A stretch of 63,134 nucleotides of DNA, counting the filler, from Octopus bimaculoides (Eukaryota), in assembly GCF_001194135.2 (NCBI RefSeq). It is 9 parts of 7 records of this genome, joined end to end, with 100 filler letters (N's around TTAATTAATTAA, not from the genome) between each part and the next. Parts side by side here need not be neighbours in the genome. Positions count along the whole stretch, not along the records: positions 1 to 16,190 come from NC_068985.1; 8 more parts are not named here. One strand, given 5' to 3'. The notes under the pieces are model-generated. The model had not been told where the DNA came from, did no database searches, and saw only the letters and a program-made list of their open reading frames with translations. This document shows, piece after piece, positions 1 to 12,332 of this stretch. Position numbers and translations under genes: made by a program. Position 1 is the stretch's first letter, and each line of letters starts with the position of its first letter.

Positions 1-37
1 AAATGTGATTGTTTCAGTTAGTGGAATAGTTTCATTT

Positions 38-298
38 TTAAAGTGAAAGTATTTGACATGAGTGTTTTTGTTTCACTTTTGACACGTAATACTTAAATAG
101 TGGAGGAGATATTATGTTGCCGTGGGCTCGAACTCTGCAAGAAGTTAAAAAATTTTTTTGACTAAAACACAACCGGAACCCTAAGTAAGACATGTGTAAA
201 ATTTGAATGAAATTGGTTGTGTAGTTCTCGAGTTTTAGGGAAACACACACACACACAGACAGACAGACACACATTCTCATTTTTATATATATAGATAA
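38..298 (+). mobile_element. Helentron/DINE-like non-autonomous element remnant
   Basis: (CA)n(GACA)n microsatellite followed by ...CATTCTCATTTTTATATATATATAGAT terminus, the architecture typical of Helentron-associated interspersed elements; boundaries approximate. Confidence 0.4.
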
Positions 299-480
299 CC
301 TTGATGTTATATGAAAGTAGAATATAAAAGAACAAGTAAATATCATAAAAATACTGCTATTTGAGCTCAGTACTTTAATAACCCTTTACCATAACAATAA
401 CTGTCTCACAACAACATCATCCTTATCGTCACATCATCATCATCAAAGGTCTGCTGAATCAACCACGTGGTGCTGGTGTG

Positions 481-783
481 CTAAAGGACAATGGCAATAA
501 TAATGACAGCAACAATAACAAGCACTGACAGCAACAACAACGACATCATGAACGCCCACATACACAAGCTACAACAGCGGCAAAAGATTTGCTGACGACT
601 CATTAAAGATAATGAATAAGTGCCAGAAGAAGTATTGTGAATTTGTTGATTAATAGAGGAACAAGAACCAACAGTGTTAACGGTAATTGGAGTAACTGTA
701 GTTTCAGTAGATTGAAGGGATTGAGACTGAAGAGAGGGCTGGATTGCATTAGTTTCAGAAACACTAGTTGCAGTAGCAGTAGC

Positions 784-824
<41 letters not shown>

Positions 825-1248
825 CAGCAGTAGAAGCAGGACGAATAGCATCAACAGCAGCAATAGTAGGAACAGTAGTAGTAGCAGCAATTGTAATAGC
901 AGCAGTAGTAGTAGCAACAGGAGCAGCAGCAATAGCAGTGGTAGCAGCAGCAGAGGTGGCAGTTTCAAAATAACCAGTAGCAGCAGTTGTAGCAGCAGCA
1001 GTAGTAGTTGTACAATAGCCAGCAGTAATTAAAAATGCACTTAACTGTTTCTGATCTGAAGAATAGGTTTCAGGATTTGTTCCTGCAACAAGCTGAGAAA
1101 ATTGAGGAGTTTCCATGTCCAGCAGCTTTCTGGAAGCTTTCCATGGTACACTTGACAATTGCGAGCACTCAATAATACTACCATCAGAATGGCATGGAAC
1201 ACTTGAAATTTTCACTTGTTTAATGCATTTCTCAATGTCTGGCTTCTT
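481..1248 (-). CDS. CCDC191: Probable next (possibly terminal) exon of the CCDC191-like gene: KKPDIEKCIKQVK...VPWKASRKLLDM..., Thr/Ala-rich tract, hydrophobic C-terminus
   Basis: Pyrimidine-rich acceptor TTCTTTATCCCTTCATAG at 1249-1250; phase 0 matches the phase-0 donor at 7764; frame open to the stop at 481-483. The true 3' end is uncertain because of a possible donor CA|GTTAAG near 1045. Confidence 0.55.
757..1030. repeat. Compound (AGT/AGC)n trinucleotide microsatellite
   Basis: Directly visible tandem AGT/AGC repeats. Confidence 0.95.
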
Positions 1249-1479
1249 CTATGAAGGGATAAAGAATTTCATATATAACAGGTGGTTTATTAAATCATTT
1301 CTAATGGTGGAACTCAAAGTAGATACAGCTATATATATATATTAATAATAGCGTTTAAATATCAAGCTTAAAAAAAACTCTCCAGACGGTAAAAGTCAAA
1401 GGCTAATTCTCACTCTCTCTCTCTCTCTCTCTCCAAACATAAAGATTTTTCTACAGCATAATATATAATAATAGATGCG

Positions 1480-1650
1480 ACATGGCAGCTTCACCAAAAA
1501 GTTCATTTTACAACCACATGGTTTCAAGTTTAGTCCCATTACTTGGAACTTTGGGCAAGTAACTTCTACTACAGATCCTGACCAACCAAAGCCTTGTGAG
1601 TGATGTAGTAGATGGAAACTGAAAGATGCCCATCATATATATATACAAGA
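1480..1650 (+). mobile_element. tRNA-derived SINE, 5' part (degenerate)
   Basis: Similar to the other copies in the window (...CAACCACATGGTTTCAAGTTTAGTCCC...GGGCAAG...AAAGCCTTGTGAGTG...GGAAACTGAAAGA). Confidence 0.7.
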
Positions 1651-2011
1651 NNNNNNNNNNNNNNNNNNNNNNNNNNNNNNNNNNNNNNNNNNNNNNNNNN
1701 NNNNNNNNNNNNNNNNNNNNNNNNNNNNNNNNNNNNNNNNNNNNNNATATATCAATGAAAAATATTTCAATACAAATGTATTAATTTCCAGCAAAATATC
1801 CAGTAAATATCGGTGCCTTGTTGTACCACTCTTCTGAATTTATATATATATATATATATATCCTCATCATCGTTTAATGTCCAGGCTTGTTAGAGGCCCA
1901 CAAAACTTTAAGTAGCATGGTGTTGAATCAAACTGCTTTAAATAATATATGTAACTCCTACTAAATGTGTTGAGTGCCTTTTCTTTTCATTTGTCCACCC
2001 ACTCATGTATA

Positions 2012-3060
2012 TACAAGGTGCATAAGATATTTGAGGACAGATTTATGTTTACAAAAAAACAGATATATAATAAGAGATAATAACTTTATTTATCAAAAAA
2101 TGCTATGAGGATAAAAATAAACCTTTTTTTCTATAATGTTATTCAATAAAGCCACCTTCACCTTCAACGGCTGCTTCTGTATGAAATCTAAATCCTCTAC
2201 ATACTCAAATCAAGTGGTCCTGGTTCATTTTGGACATTACTCTGACTATGGCAGCTTTCATAGAATCTTTGGTGTGTGTTAATTGATCTCTCTCCCAACA
2301 ACGCTCCACATATAATAGTCCAGTGGATTGAGATCTGGGGGATTAGGAGGCCAAATGTTAGGGGTTACGTGAACATGAAAATTTTCAGCCATCTATTCCA
2401 GTGTTACTAGAGCCATGTGCAATAGTGCAGTTTTACTGAAACACATATGGCCTTCCTTGCTTACACTGTCTATCCAGGGCTTAACAATTATTTCCAGGAC
2501 CACAATGTAGGCGGCAGAGTTAACGCTAAGGCTTTGTGGAAAGAAGTAAGGAGGCATCATCTGTCCTTCATAGCTGACAACCACTAAAACCATGACAGTT
2601 GCAGGAAATTTTGTATGCATAACACTTGGAACTTCAAAAGGGTCTGCACATAACCATCAGTCATTTCTTCTGTTAACTTTTTGATCTTGGTTGAAGTTTT
2701 TCTCGTTTGAGAAAAACCAAATCAAATCTTCAGCAGCTGGATTTTTCAGTTTGTTTAAGAGCCTTTTAGATCTGATGTAGTGATTTTATTTTGCTTTTTA
2801 GGACAAATTGACCTTTCCTCATCATATAAAATTTATATCTGATGTCTTCATGGACAACATTTCTGACTGTTCCTTCTGACACATGGAGATCTTTTGCAAT
2901 TGACCTCATGGACTTTCTGCGATTGTAATCAATGGTCAGTTGAATTTGCTGAATAAATTCAGGTATTCTGATGATTTCAGATCATTTAGAATGCTTTTTA
3001 TGCTTTGAAACAGGTGGTGATACGTTTCCATCTTAAGTCTCTAGCTCCTTACAAACTTTG
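2012..3060 (-). mobile_element. Decayed Tc1/mariner transposon, maT (DD37D)-like
   Basis: Minus-strand HTKFPATVMVL...PPYFFPQ...VKPWID and WPPNPPDLNPLDYY with stops and frameshifts; TIR-like TACAAGGTGCATAAG...GAGGACA at 2012 matches ends at 9210-9239 and about 12335. Confidence 0.85.
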
Positions 3061-3303
3061 TAGGCGAAAGATTTGGCAACATTTAAAAATCGAGATATTT
3101 CTAAATGGCTATGCTCAGCCTTTATAACCACAATAACAGCATGCCCCTTCATTTCTTGAGTAAGCTGAGGGTCTGCCTTTATCATTTTCTGAAACAAAGA
3201 TTATACAGAGTTAGCAAAAAATGCAGCAATGACCCCAAAAAGGTATGTCCTCAAATACCTTATGAACCCTGCACATATACATACATACATACATATATAT
3301 ATA

Positions 3304-3497
3304 TTCCTGGTGAAGGCTGGTTTATGGGGTTACCCTGAGTTTCCCATCCATAAAGGGTTTAACTTTGTGGTGTATCGTCAAACCCCAAGATCTGTTGACA
3401 GGCCAACAGGTCTTGAGATCTGACAATACGCAAGAAAGCTAAACCTTTTATGGACGGGAAATCCAGGGTAACCCCATAAACTGGCCTTTACCAGGAA
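3304..3497. mobile_element. Palindromic MITE / fold-back element (~195 bp)
   Basis: TTCCTGGTGAAGGCTGGTTTATGGGGTTACCCTG... pairs with ...CAGGGTAACCCCATAAACTGGCCTTTACCAGGAA; inner hairpin CAAGATCTGTTG/CAACAGGTCTTG. Confidence 0.85.
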
Positions 3498-3576
3498 AAA
3501 ATATAAACTACTCTACTTCTTAGAGTGTGCTTCTTTTCTGGATTTATGTTTTTTCTAAAAATGAGATATATATCAT

Positions 3577-6240
3577 CATCATCATCATTTTTGTTTAACG
3601 TCTGCTTTCCATGCTAGCATGGGTTGGACGATTTGACTGAGGACTGGTGAACCAGATGGCTGCACCAGGCTCCAATTTGATCTGGCAGTTTCTACAGCTG
3701 GATGCCCTTCCTAATGCCAACCACTCCGAGAGTCTAGTGGGTGCCTTTACGTGCCGCCGGCACGAGGGCCAGTCACACGGTACTAGCAACGGCCACGCTC
3801 AAAATGGTGCTTTTTAGGTGTCACCTGCACAGGAGCCAGTCCAGCGGCACTGACAAGGNNNNNNNNNNNNNNNNNNNNNNNNNNNNNNNNNNNNNNNNNN
3901 NNNNNNNNNNNNNNNNNNNNNNNNNNNNNNNNNNNNNNNNNNNNNNNNNNNNNNNNNNNNNNNNNNNNNNNNNNNNNNNNNNNNNNNNNNNNNNNNNNNN
4001 NNNNNNNNNNNNNNNNNNNNNNNNNNNNNNNNNNNNNNNNNNNNNNNNNNNNNNNNNNNNNNNNNNNNNNNNNNNNNNNNNNNNNNNNNNNNNNNNNNNN
4101 NNNNNNNNNNNNNNNNNNNNNNNNNNNNNNNNNNNNNNNNNNNNNNNNNNNNNNNNNNNNNNNNNNNNNNNNNNNNNNNNNNNNNNNNNNNNNNNNNNNN
4201 NNNNNNNNNNNNNNNNNNNNNNNNNNNNNNNNNNNNNNNNNNNNNNNNNNNNNNNNNNNNNNNNNNNNNNNNNNNNNNNNNNNNNNNNNNNNNNNNNNNN
4301 NNNNNNNNNNNNNNNNNNNNNNNNNNNNNNNNNNNNNNNNNNNNNNNNNNNNNNNNNNNNNNNNNNNNNNNNNNNNNNNNNNNNNNNNNNNNNNNNNNNN
4401 NNNNNNNNNNNNNNNNNNNNNNNNNNNNNNNNNNNNNNNNNNNNNNNNNNNNNNNNNNNNNNNNNNNNNNNNNNNNNNNNNNNNNNNNNNNNNNNNNNNN
4501 NNNNNNNNNNNNNNNNNNNNNNNNNNNNNNNNNNNNNNNNNNNNNNNTATGCTCTCACTTGGCTTGCCTAGTCTTCTCACTCTGAGTGGGAAGCCCTTTG
4601 TCACCAGCAGAGGTAAGAGCTCCCCCGCTACAAACTTGGTCACCTAAGTCGTGGAAGCTATCAACTACTTCTAGTTTTTCTTCCTGGAGTGTGGCAAAGG
4701 TTGTTTTCTGCACATTTTCAGTGTTTATTGCTCCTGAGCATCTGCCATATACAAAAACTATCTTCCTAGTTAGCCTTCCTTTGATATTGCTGCACCTCTT
4801 ATGTGTCCATAGCTTACACTGGGTACATCTTATGGAGTTTCTACAGATTGAGCAGGGCCATCTACCTGAAAGGGTTTGTGTTTTATCTACCTGCCTACTT
4901 ATTAGGACTTTGGTTTTAGCTAGGTTCACTCTAAGGCCCTTCGATTGTAGTCCTTGCTTCCACACCTCTAGTTCTGATAGTAACTCAGCAATAAGGGCAA
5001 GGTCATCAACATAGAGGAGCTCCCAGGGGCATCCCGTCTTGAATTCCTGTGTTATTGCGTGGAGGACAATGATAAATAGGAGGGGGCTGAGGACTGAACC
5101 TTTGTGGACCCCTACCTCAACCCGGAATTCTTCACTGTACTTGTTGCCAACCCTCACCTTACTGACAGCGTCTCTGTACATGGCTTGCACAGCTCTCACT
5201 AACATCTCATGTATCCCTAGTTTCCTCATTGACCACCAGATAAGGGAGCAGGGGACCCTGTCAAAGGCTTTATCCATGTCAACGAAAGCCAGGTACAGAG
5301 GTTTATCTTTGGCTAGGTATTTCTCCTGAAGCTGTCTTACCAGAAATATAGCATCAGTGGTGCTTTTCCCAGGCACGAACCCAAACTGCATCTCATCTAA
5401 ACTGACTCTCTCCCTAATTAGTTGGGCTATGACCCTCTCAGTGACTTTCATTACCTGGTCCAACAACTTGATACCTCTGTAATTGCTTGTGTCTAAAGTG
5501 TCACCTTTACCTTTGTAGCAGTTGACTATGGTGCTACTTCGTGTATCACCTGGTTCGTAATACGGGTGACTAGGCTATAGCCGACACTGCCAGATATTTT
5601 GAGCATTTCTGCAGTGATTCCTGATGGGCCAGGGGCTTTCCCTGTCTTCATACTTTTGATTGCTTTATCTACCGAGGTACTGTCAATTAGGATAGCTTGT
5701 CCCTCTGTTGGGTCGACATGTGGCAGACTCTCTTCCTCCCATTCATTCTCTTTATTAAGCAGCCTCGTTTAGTGCAAGTGAACCATCATCCATGCGGACA
5801 CATTTCTCTCCTACGACATCACGATTCTCTCTCACACACTGTCTTGCAACACGAAATATTCAAGTCTTTGGTCCTCACAGCACAGAACATTGGCAATTTT
5901 TTTCTTATCTGCTTCCCCTCTGGCTAAGTAAACCTGTCTCCTAGCTTCCCTTCTGGCAATTTGACACAATTCCCAGCTGCCTCCATTCTTCCAGTCTTTC
6001 TAAGCCTGTTTCTTTTGTCTAATAGCCCTGTCAACCACATTGTTCCACCACCATGTTACTTTGAGTCGAGAGGGGAGTTTGCACCAACTACAGATCTGGT
6101 CGGTGGCTCTCAGCAGGTTGTCCCAAGGAAAATAGGGGCTGAAGAAATCCAGGTGAATACCTCAGTCAGCAGTCTATGCAAAAATACCTGGCTAACAGAG
6201 TGTCTAGTGATGAATATAGGAATATAGGTTAGATACACCA
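3577..6240 (-). mobile_element. RTE-clade LINE (RT domain, 3' UTR and (GAT)n tail), interrupted by a gap
   Basis: ORF 4555-5466 has QFGFVPGKSTTDAIF, AFVDMDKAFDRVP, GVHKGSVLSPLLF, LLYVDDL; the 3' end ...GGAAAGCAGACGTTAAAC...(GAT)n lies at 3577-3620. Confidence 0.93.
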
Positions 6241-7763
6241 GGTGATCCAAACTGTAAATCCAAGGTCATTCACCAATTGATTGGTTGGTACATTATTTGC
6301 AGAGTATGACAGCAATCAGCCAGAAAAATGAAGATTATGTTTTTACATATAATTCAATGTTACAAATGATTTAAATCACAAGAGGATTTGTTTCCTTACT
6401 ATACAATGGTTTGTATTACTTAATTAATCGAACAATTAGCTCTCGACTATTCTCCTCAGACAAAGTTATTGAGATAGATTCTCAGGGCTTCCATCAAACA
6501 TATTTGTGAGAGTGGGACTTTACCTTCTTTGACTGATTTACAGTCAAGATGTCATCATGCATAGGAATATGCTTGTCCATGAGAACATGAGACAGGGAAC
6601 CATTACATAATGAAGAAAAATTTCCTCTAGGAATTCCAAATGTTTATAACATTGAATAAAGTTATGTAAAAATATAATCTTCACTTTTTTCCATCTGATT
6701 GCTATATATTATTTGTCTTATATCCATTTTCTCATGCTAGCACGAGTTAGACAAACACTGAGGCATTGTTTTCACAGCTAGATGCTTTTCCTTTCACTAA
6801 CCCTTAAATGTTTTTCAGGTAAGGGATTTCTTATTTTACATATCTTCCATCTCACACACACATATATATTCACATGTATAGCAGGTTTCTTTCAGTTTCC
6901 ATTGACCAAATTCACCCAAGGGAAAAATGAAAGAAAAAGTGCTTAGAAAAATTAGTATTTCGTTTGTTATCCACCATTGTTCTCTACATCCACACTTTAA
7001 TTGGTAACCCCCTGCCATTGTGCTACCAAATTATCTCCCCCTCCATATATTTCACTCTTTTCATAAACTATACATGCCTCTCTTTTCCCCATCCACTCCT
7101 GCAACCTACCCACATCCATCATGTTATCTCTTGTTTATCCTTCTGTATACTCCATTACCATTACTATTCTGCAGCTCTACACTACCATGCATCTTTCCTG
7201 GTCCCTCTGTCCCACTCATTTCTGCTCATCTTGTAACTTGAAGGTCTACCATGACTCCTCATCACTTCTATTTTCTATCCCTTTCCATCTCCATCCAATC
7301 ACTCCTATCCTCTCTTCCAAAATGTGAGTGATCATGTAGTTCTTCTACAACAAGAAAAGTGTTCTGCTCCTGCCCTTTTTCTCTCATACTCTACATCTCT
7401 TTACTCTTCATCTAGCATAAAGTTTCTCCCTAAAGGTTCAGTCTTCCAAGCAAGCTGCATGGCAACCTTACTAATACTAGTGGCATGAAAAAAGTACCTA
7501 GTACACACTGTAAAGTGGTTGGAAATGCAAACCATATGGTAGGAAAGGCAAACCAGCTGTAGAAATCATGCTAAAGTGGACAATGAAGAACCATGCATTC
7601 CTTGGGCCCATCAGATCCTGTAAAATTGTCCAACTCATGCCAGCATAGAACAGTAACATTAAACAATGATAATGATATATACACATACACAAAAACACAC
7701 ATACATACACACATATATATAATGTGCAAATGTGCTAGTGAAGTCATTGCTTGTAAGGTTTAC

Positions 7764-7989
7764 CTTGGTTAAATTTTTAGATTTGGTCTCAGAATTGCTC
7801 AAAGAATTAGCCACATTTATTTTTCCTGAAGCAGCAGCAGTTAAGAGTTTCTCCATTTTGTCTTTGGTTTCTTTCTGTGAGAGTTTTAAACGCTGGCATT
7901 CTTTTTCTCTGTGAAGGTATAGTTGCCACGTCCAGAAGCACTTCTTCATCAACTGTGTGATGTAGTGCTCACCTGCCATTTTGTCTTTT
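7764..7989 (-). CDS. CCDC191: CCDC191-like exon (R|KDKMAGEHYITQLMKKCFWTWQ...KETKDKMEKLLTAAASGK...NLTK)
   Basis: Poly-T acceptor ...TTGTTCAG at 7990-7991; donor AAG|GTAAAC at 7762-7763; 226 nt, phase 2 to 0; resembles recalled human CCDC191 RHCFTEWQ...EETRKKMDALLQAASLGK. Confidence 0.88.
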
Positions 7990-7995
7990 CTGAAC

Positions 7996-8026
<31 letters not shown>

Positions 8027-8169
8027 GATAAACAATATATACGCTGAATCAATTTCTTTAGGTTATTTTTGTGAATTTAGGAAAAGATGCATAACTCATC
8101 AAAGGAAAGCTGTGTGTATGAAAAAAAATTGATACAAATAATCTTGAGAAACCTTTTGTTACACCTATT

Positions 8170-9239
8170 CAATGAATCTATCGTTAGCATCAATGGCTGG
8201 TTCAATATGGGGTAGAAAGCACAGGCAGGCTTGAATCAGACGATATTTATCAATTTTGGACATAATGCTGGTTATGGTGAACTTGAGAGCTTGTATGGTG
8301 TTATGGGGGTGTTGATTGATCTTCCCATGACTATGCCCAGTGGATTGAGTTCTGGTGAGCTATGCCTGAGAGGACATGTTCATGAAGATTGGTATGTATT
8401 CATGTTTGGGTTGTCCTAGCCTTATGAGACAGCAAAGAGTCTTGTTGGAAGACATATGGTCTTCTGTTGCATACTCTGTCTATCCAGGGTCTCACAATTT
8501 TCCCTAACACCTCTCTGTGAACAGCAGCAGTGACTCTCAAGTCCTGTGAAAAAGAATGAGAAGGTATGACATCTCCCCCATTGCTGATGACTCTCAGAAC
8601 CATCACACTTTCTGGGAATTTAGTATGCGTGACCATAGGAACCTCATTTAGGTCTTTGCATAACTATCTGTCATTCTTTCAGTTTACCTTTTGGCCATGA
8701 TTGAAGCACTCCTGCTTCTTAGTGTTTTAACTTGTATAGCAAGCACTTTGCATGGATCAAATGATTCTCTCTTGTCACAACTGACATAAACTGACTTCTC
8801 CACATCACATACGACTTGTACTGGATTTCCTCATACACAACTCTTCTGATGGTGCATTCTGAAATCTTGAGGTCCTTTGCAATGGCCTGGATTGAATTTC
8901 TGGGGATTTTTATCAAGTTTTTCTTGGAATTTTTGTACAAAGTTATGTGCTCTGATGGTTTTAAGCCCCTCTGCAAGCATTTTACATTTAGCTGCTGATG
9001 TTGGATCCATATCAGCAGCCTCCAGCTCTTTTCAAACTTTGACAATGACTGATTGGAAAACTTTCAGGAAGCAAGCTATGCTGCGCTTTTAAGGTGACAA
9101 TTACAGTGTGCCTTTTCATGTACTGAGTCAACCTGATGTCTGATATTACTTATCTGAAAAGTAAAGTAAAAAAAAACAGATTAGAAGAAAGTTAGAGCTC
9201 TTGAAAGCGGTGTCCTCGAAAAACTGATGCACCCTCTAC
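8170..9239 (-). mobile_element. Decayed maT (DD37D)-like transposon, second copy
   Basis: ORFs 8719-9045 and 8400-8636 (SIQAIAKDLKISECTIRRVV; HTKFPESVMVL...RPYVFQQDS); TIR at 9210-9239. Confidence 0.85.
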
Positions 9240-9277
9240 ATTACATTAAAAAAAAATTCTTTAAACAAATCACATTT

Positions 9278-9590
9278 ACATTATTTACATTTGATGGATA
9301 TTTTTCCTCATCTTGTTTGTTGTTAACACAATGTTTTGGCTGATATACCCTTCAGCCTTCATCAGGTGTCTTGGAAAAATTTCGAATCTGGGTTCTCATT
9401 CCTAAGGCATTTTTCAATTCCAGGCAGTGACCTGAATAATAATAATAATAACATCGAAAAATACCTTAGGAATGAGAACCCAGGATCAAAATTTCCCCAA
9501 GACACCTGATGAAGGCTGGAGGGTATATCAGTCAAAACGTTGTGTTAACAAACAAGATGAGGACAAATATCCGTCAGATGTAAATAATGT
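9278..9590. mobile_element. Inverted duplication of a Penelope-like tail; each arm carries a hammerhead-like motif (9325-9370 minus, 9501-9546 plus)
   Basis: Arms about 9278-9416 and 9455-9590 are reverse complements; motif GACAC-CTGATGA-A-GGCTG..CAGYC-AAAA-CRTT-GTGTT. Confidence 0.75.
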
Positions 9591-9699
9591 ACATAATTCC
9601 TCATCTCTTAAATATATAACTGTATAAATCATATTTATATTCTCATTCAAAATAATTATTTGTATGGGTTTTATTATATCCCTCTATTCATCCATCCAC

Positions 9700-11790
9700 C
9701 TGCCTGCTTGGTGATGGAATAATGTTGTAGACAGAGCTATGAAAAATAAGAGTCAGGTCTGGATAGACTAGAAGAAAGAGCTGGCAAAGAAAAGTATCAA
9801 ATGGCTACAAGAGAAGCTATATATATCAGGTATACTTGGCAAAAGGAGAGGCAGAAAGAAAGACATTTGCACATGTTCTTTGGTGGGAGATCAGAGATAT
9901 GTACTGTTCAGAATAGTGAGACAAGTGTACTAGAGAGAATTGAGATGTTATCAAGAAGTATATATAGAATGATAACAGCACCTTTGCACTCAATGACAAT
10001 AAAAAAAAAAGTGATATGGAAGTATTGAGGTGATGAAACATGATCTTCGGATGTTGAGTTTCACGAAGACAATAACAAGTGATCAAGACCTTTGGCAATT
10101 TGCTGTAATTGAGAAGACACATCAAGCCAAGTGAAATTATAGTCGTGGGCAGTGCCAGTGACATATAAAAGGGATCTTCTACACTCTTGGAGTGGTTGGC
10201 ATTAGGAAGGGCATCCAGTGGTAGAAACCAAGCCAAATCAGACTGGAACCTGGTATAGCTCTCTGACTTACAAGTCAAACTGTCTAACTCATGCCAGTAT
10301 GGAAAACAGATGCTAAATGAGGAAGATGATGTGGTGATGCCATGGAAATTACATGGAAGAGGGAGGGTGGCTTTCAAGTAGATCCAACAGAGAAACTGGT
10401 CATAGAAGTTGGAAGCAATATGACAGATAAGGCAATTAAGGATATGAAGACTGTGGAAACAGCTGGTGCTTTAGAAATAGTTGCTGGAGATGCCTAAAAT
10501 ATCTGGCAAAATAGAATATAGATTAGTCACTAAAATACTTAATTAGGTGATACAAGAAGGCATCATACTCAATGGCTGGTATAGCAGCATTATTGTAAAC
10601 TGTTACAAACGTAAAGGAGATGTACAAAGAGAGGAAACCATTGATACATCAAATTGTTGAACTAGATCCTGGAAGTTAAATAAGTTATTCCAAAATTGAT
10701 TCATAACGGGATTAGCCAAGAGAAAATGGAGTTTGGCCTAGTGCTAGGAAGACGTAGCATCAATGCCAATCTTCCTAGTGAGACAACTGCAAAAGAAATA
10801 CTTATCTGGATGTAGGCTTCTATATCTAGCATTTATAGATTTAAAGAAAGCTTTTGACAGAATACCTCACTCTGTCATCTGGTGGGCACTAAGGAAGTTA
10901 GGAGTAGATGAGTGGCTAGTGAGGGAAATGAAAACTATATACAAAGGACAGTCATTGAAGTGAGAGTAAACAATGAGTACAGAAATGAATTTAGCAAGCA
11001 GGTAGGGATCTCTCAGGGCTCATACTTCAGCCCTCCCATTATCATCAGCAGAGTTTTAATGTCCACTTTACTACACTAGCATGGATCAGATGTAATTTGT
11101 TGATGCAGGTTTTCTGCAGCCAGATGCTCTTCCTGTCACCAACCCTCACCTATCTTCAATCAAGTTAGGTAATATTTCCCCATAACCAGAGATGTCTCAT
11201 AAGATTGGAAATTAAAGATACTGCATATTTTTGCCCATAACACTTGCATACAGCTATCATATGTCAAGGCAAAGAGACAGTAACACACACACACATATAA
11301 ACAATCGGTTTCTTTCAGTTTCCATTCACAGAATCCACTCCCTAAGCTTTGGTCAGTTTGGAGCTATAATAAAAGACACTTGCCCAAGGTACCATGAAGT
11401 GGAACTGAACCTGAAACCATGTGGCTGGGAAGCAGACAGCCATGCCTGTTCATTATATACTTTTAAGTCATAACAGAGAAGTTTAAGACTGGTTGTTCAT
11501 GGGGACTTCTGTATGCTGACAACTTTGTTCTTATAAAAGAATCTATGTAAGATTTGGAGTAAAACTACAGACATGGAAGCAAAAGTTGGAACTGAAGGAT
11601 TTTGAAGTAAACTGAGAAATGAGTCATGAAAGTAGAAAAGAAGACAGGACACTGATGTTATCTGGGAAATGGTTGTGCTCCATATAGAGCGTGTATATGT
11701 AAACAATTGTAAAAAACGGTCACACAAGAGATGCAGTAGGACGACAGGCAGGTTAACAGCAAAGATAGCCTTCAAATGTGGCAGGTAGCA
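9700..11790 (+). mobile_element. Patchwork of decayed RTE LINE fragments and a minus-strand SINE (about 11280-11450)
   Basis: IFLVRQLQKKYL...AFIDLKKAFDRIPHSVIWWALRKLG at 10763-10963; RTE 3' UTR near 10000-10330. Confidence 0.75.
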
Positions 11791-12002
11791 TTAAGCATAG
11801 AATATTCCCAAGAAATAGTTTCTCTCAATTTCTCGAAAAGGCTCCCAAGATGTAATTAATAGTCTTTATAACACATTCTTCTACATTCAAATGTGGAACA
11901 GCACATGCTGTGGGATATTGTTTGGGAGAAAAATTTCTCTTTTGAGACTGTATGTTAAATAAACTCAACATTCCTCTCTGAGTGTAACTATAAAAACCAC
12001 AC

Positions 12003-12193
12003 CTTTGACATTCTCTCATGTTCTGTTGGTGAACTTGCAATTCTTTCTCCATTTTATTCTGCATTGACAAGGATTTCCATGCATTCCAATGACGTAGCAA
12101 TAACTTCCAGTCAGCCAGAGCAGAAACCTTTCCATATCTCACCCTTTTCTGTAATATGACACTTGTCCAAGCCATAAAATGACGTTGTAAAAT
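12003..12193 (-). CDS. CCDC191: CCDC191-like exon (ILQRHFMAWTSVILQKRVRYGKVSALADWKLLLRHWNAWK...RECQR)
   Basis: Acceptor TTTCAG at 12194-12195; donor AG|GTGTGG at 12001-12002; 191 nt, phase 0 to 2; resembles recalled human KRYFAAWHKLILDHRIKLGKAGTLSDWKIQLKVLRAWR. Confidence 0.9.
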
Positions 12194-12332
12194 CTGAAAT
12201 ATATGAATACATATATATATATATATATCCTCCTCCTCCTCCTCCGCCACAGCCGCCCAAGTTTTTCTTAACTACACAGCCACAAAGCACATATCGTGCG
12301 CATACACACACACATACACCTACACATGTAAT

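Noticed and set aside
603-1032. Poly-Leu and poly-Ser ORFs overlapping the 481-1248 frame
   Set aside because: Alternative frames of the same trinucleotide repeat.
6524-6626. Minus-strand open frame with AG/GT ends (GNFSSLCNGSLSHVLMDKHIPMHDDILTVNQSKK)
   Set aside because: Its phase-2 start does not fit the phase-0 donor at 7764, the acceptor is weak and no homology is recognised; exon 7764 can join 1248 directly.
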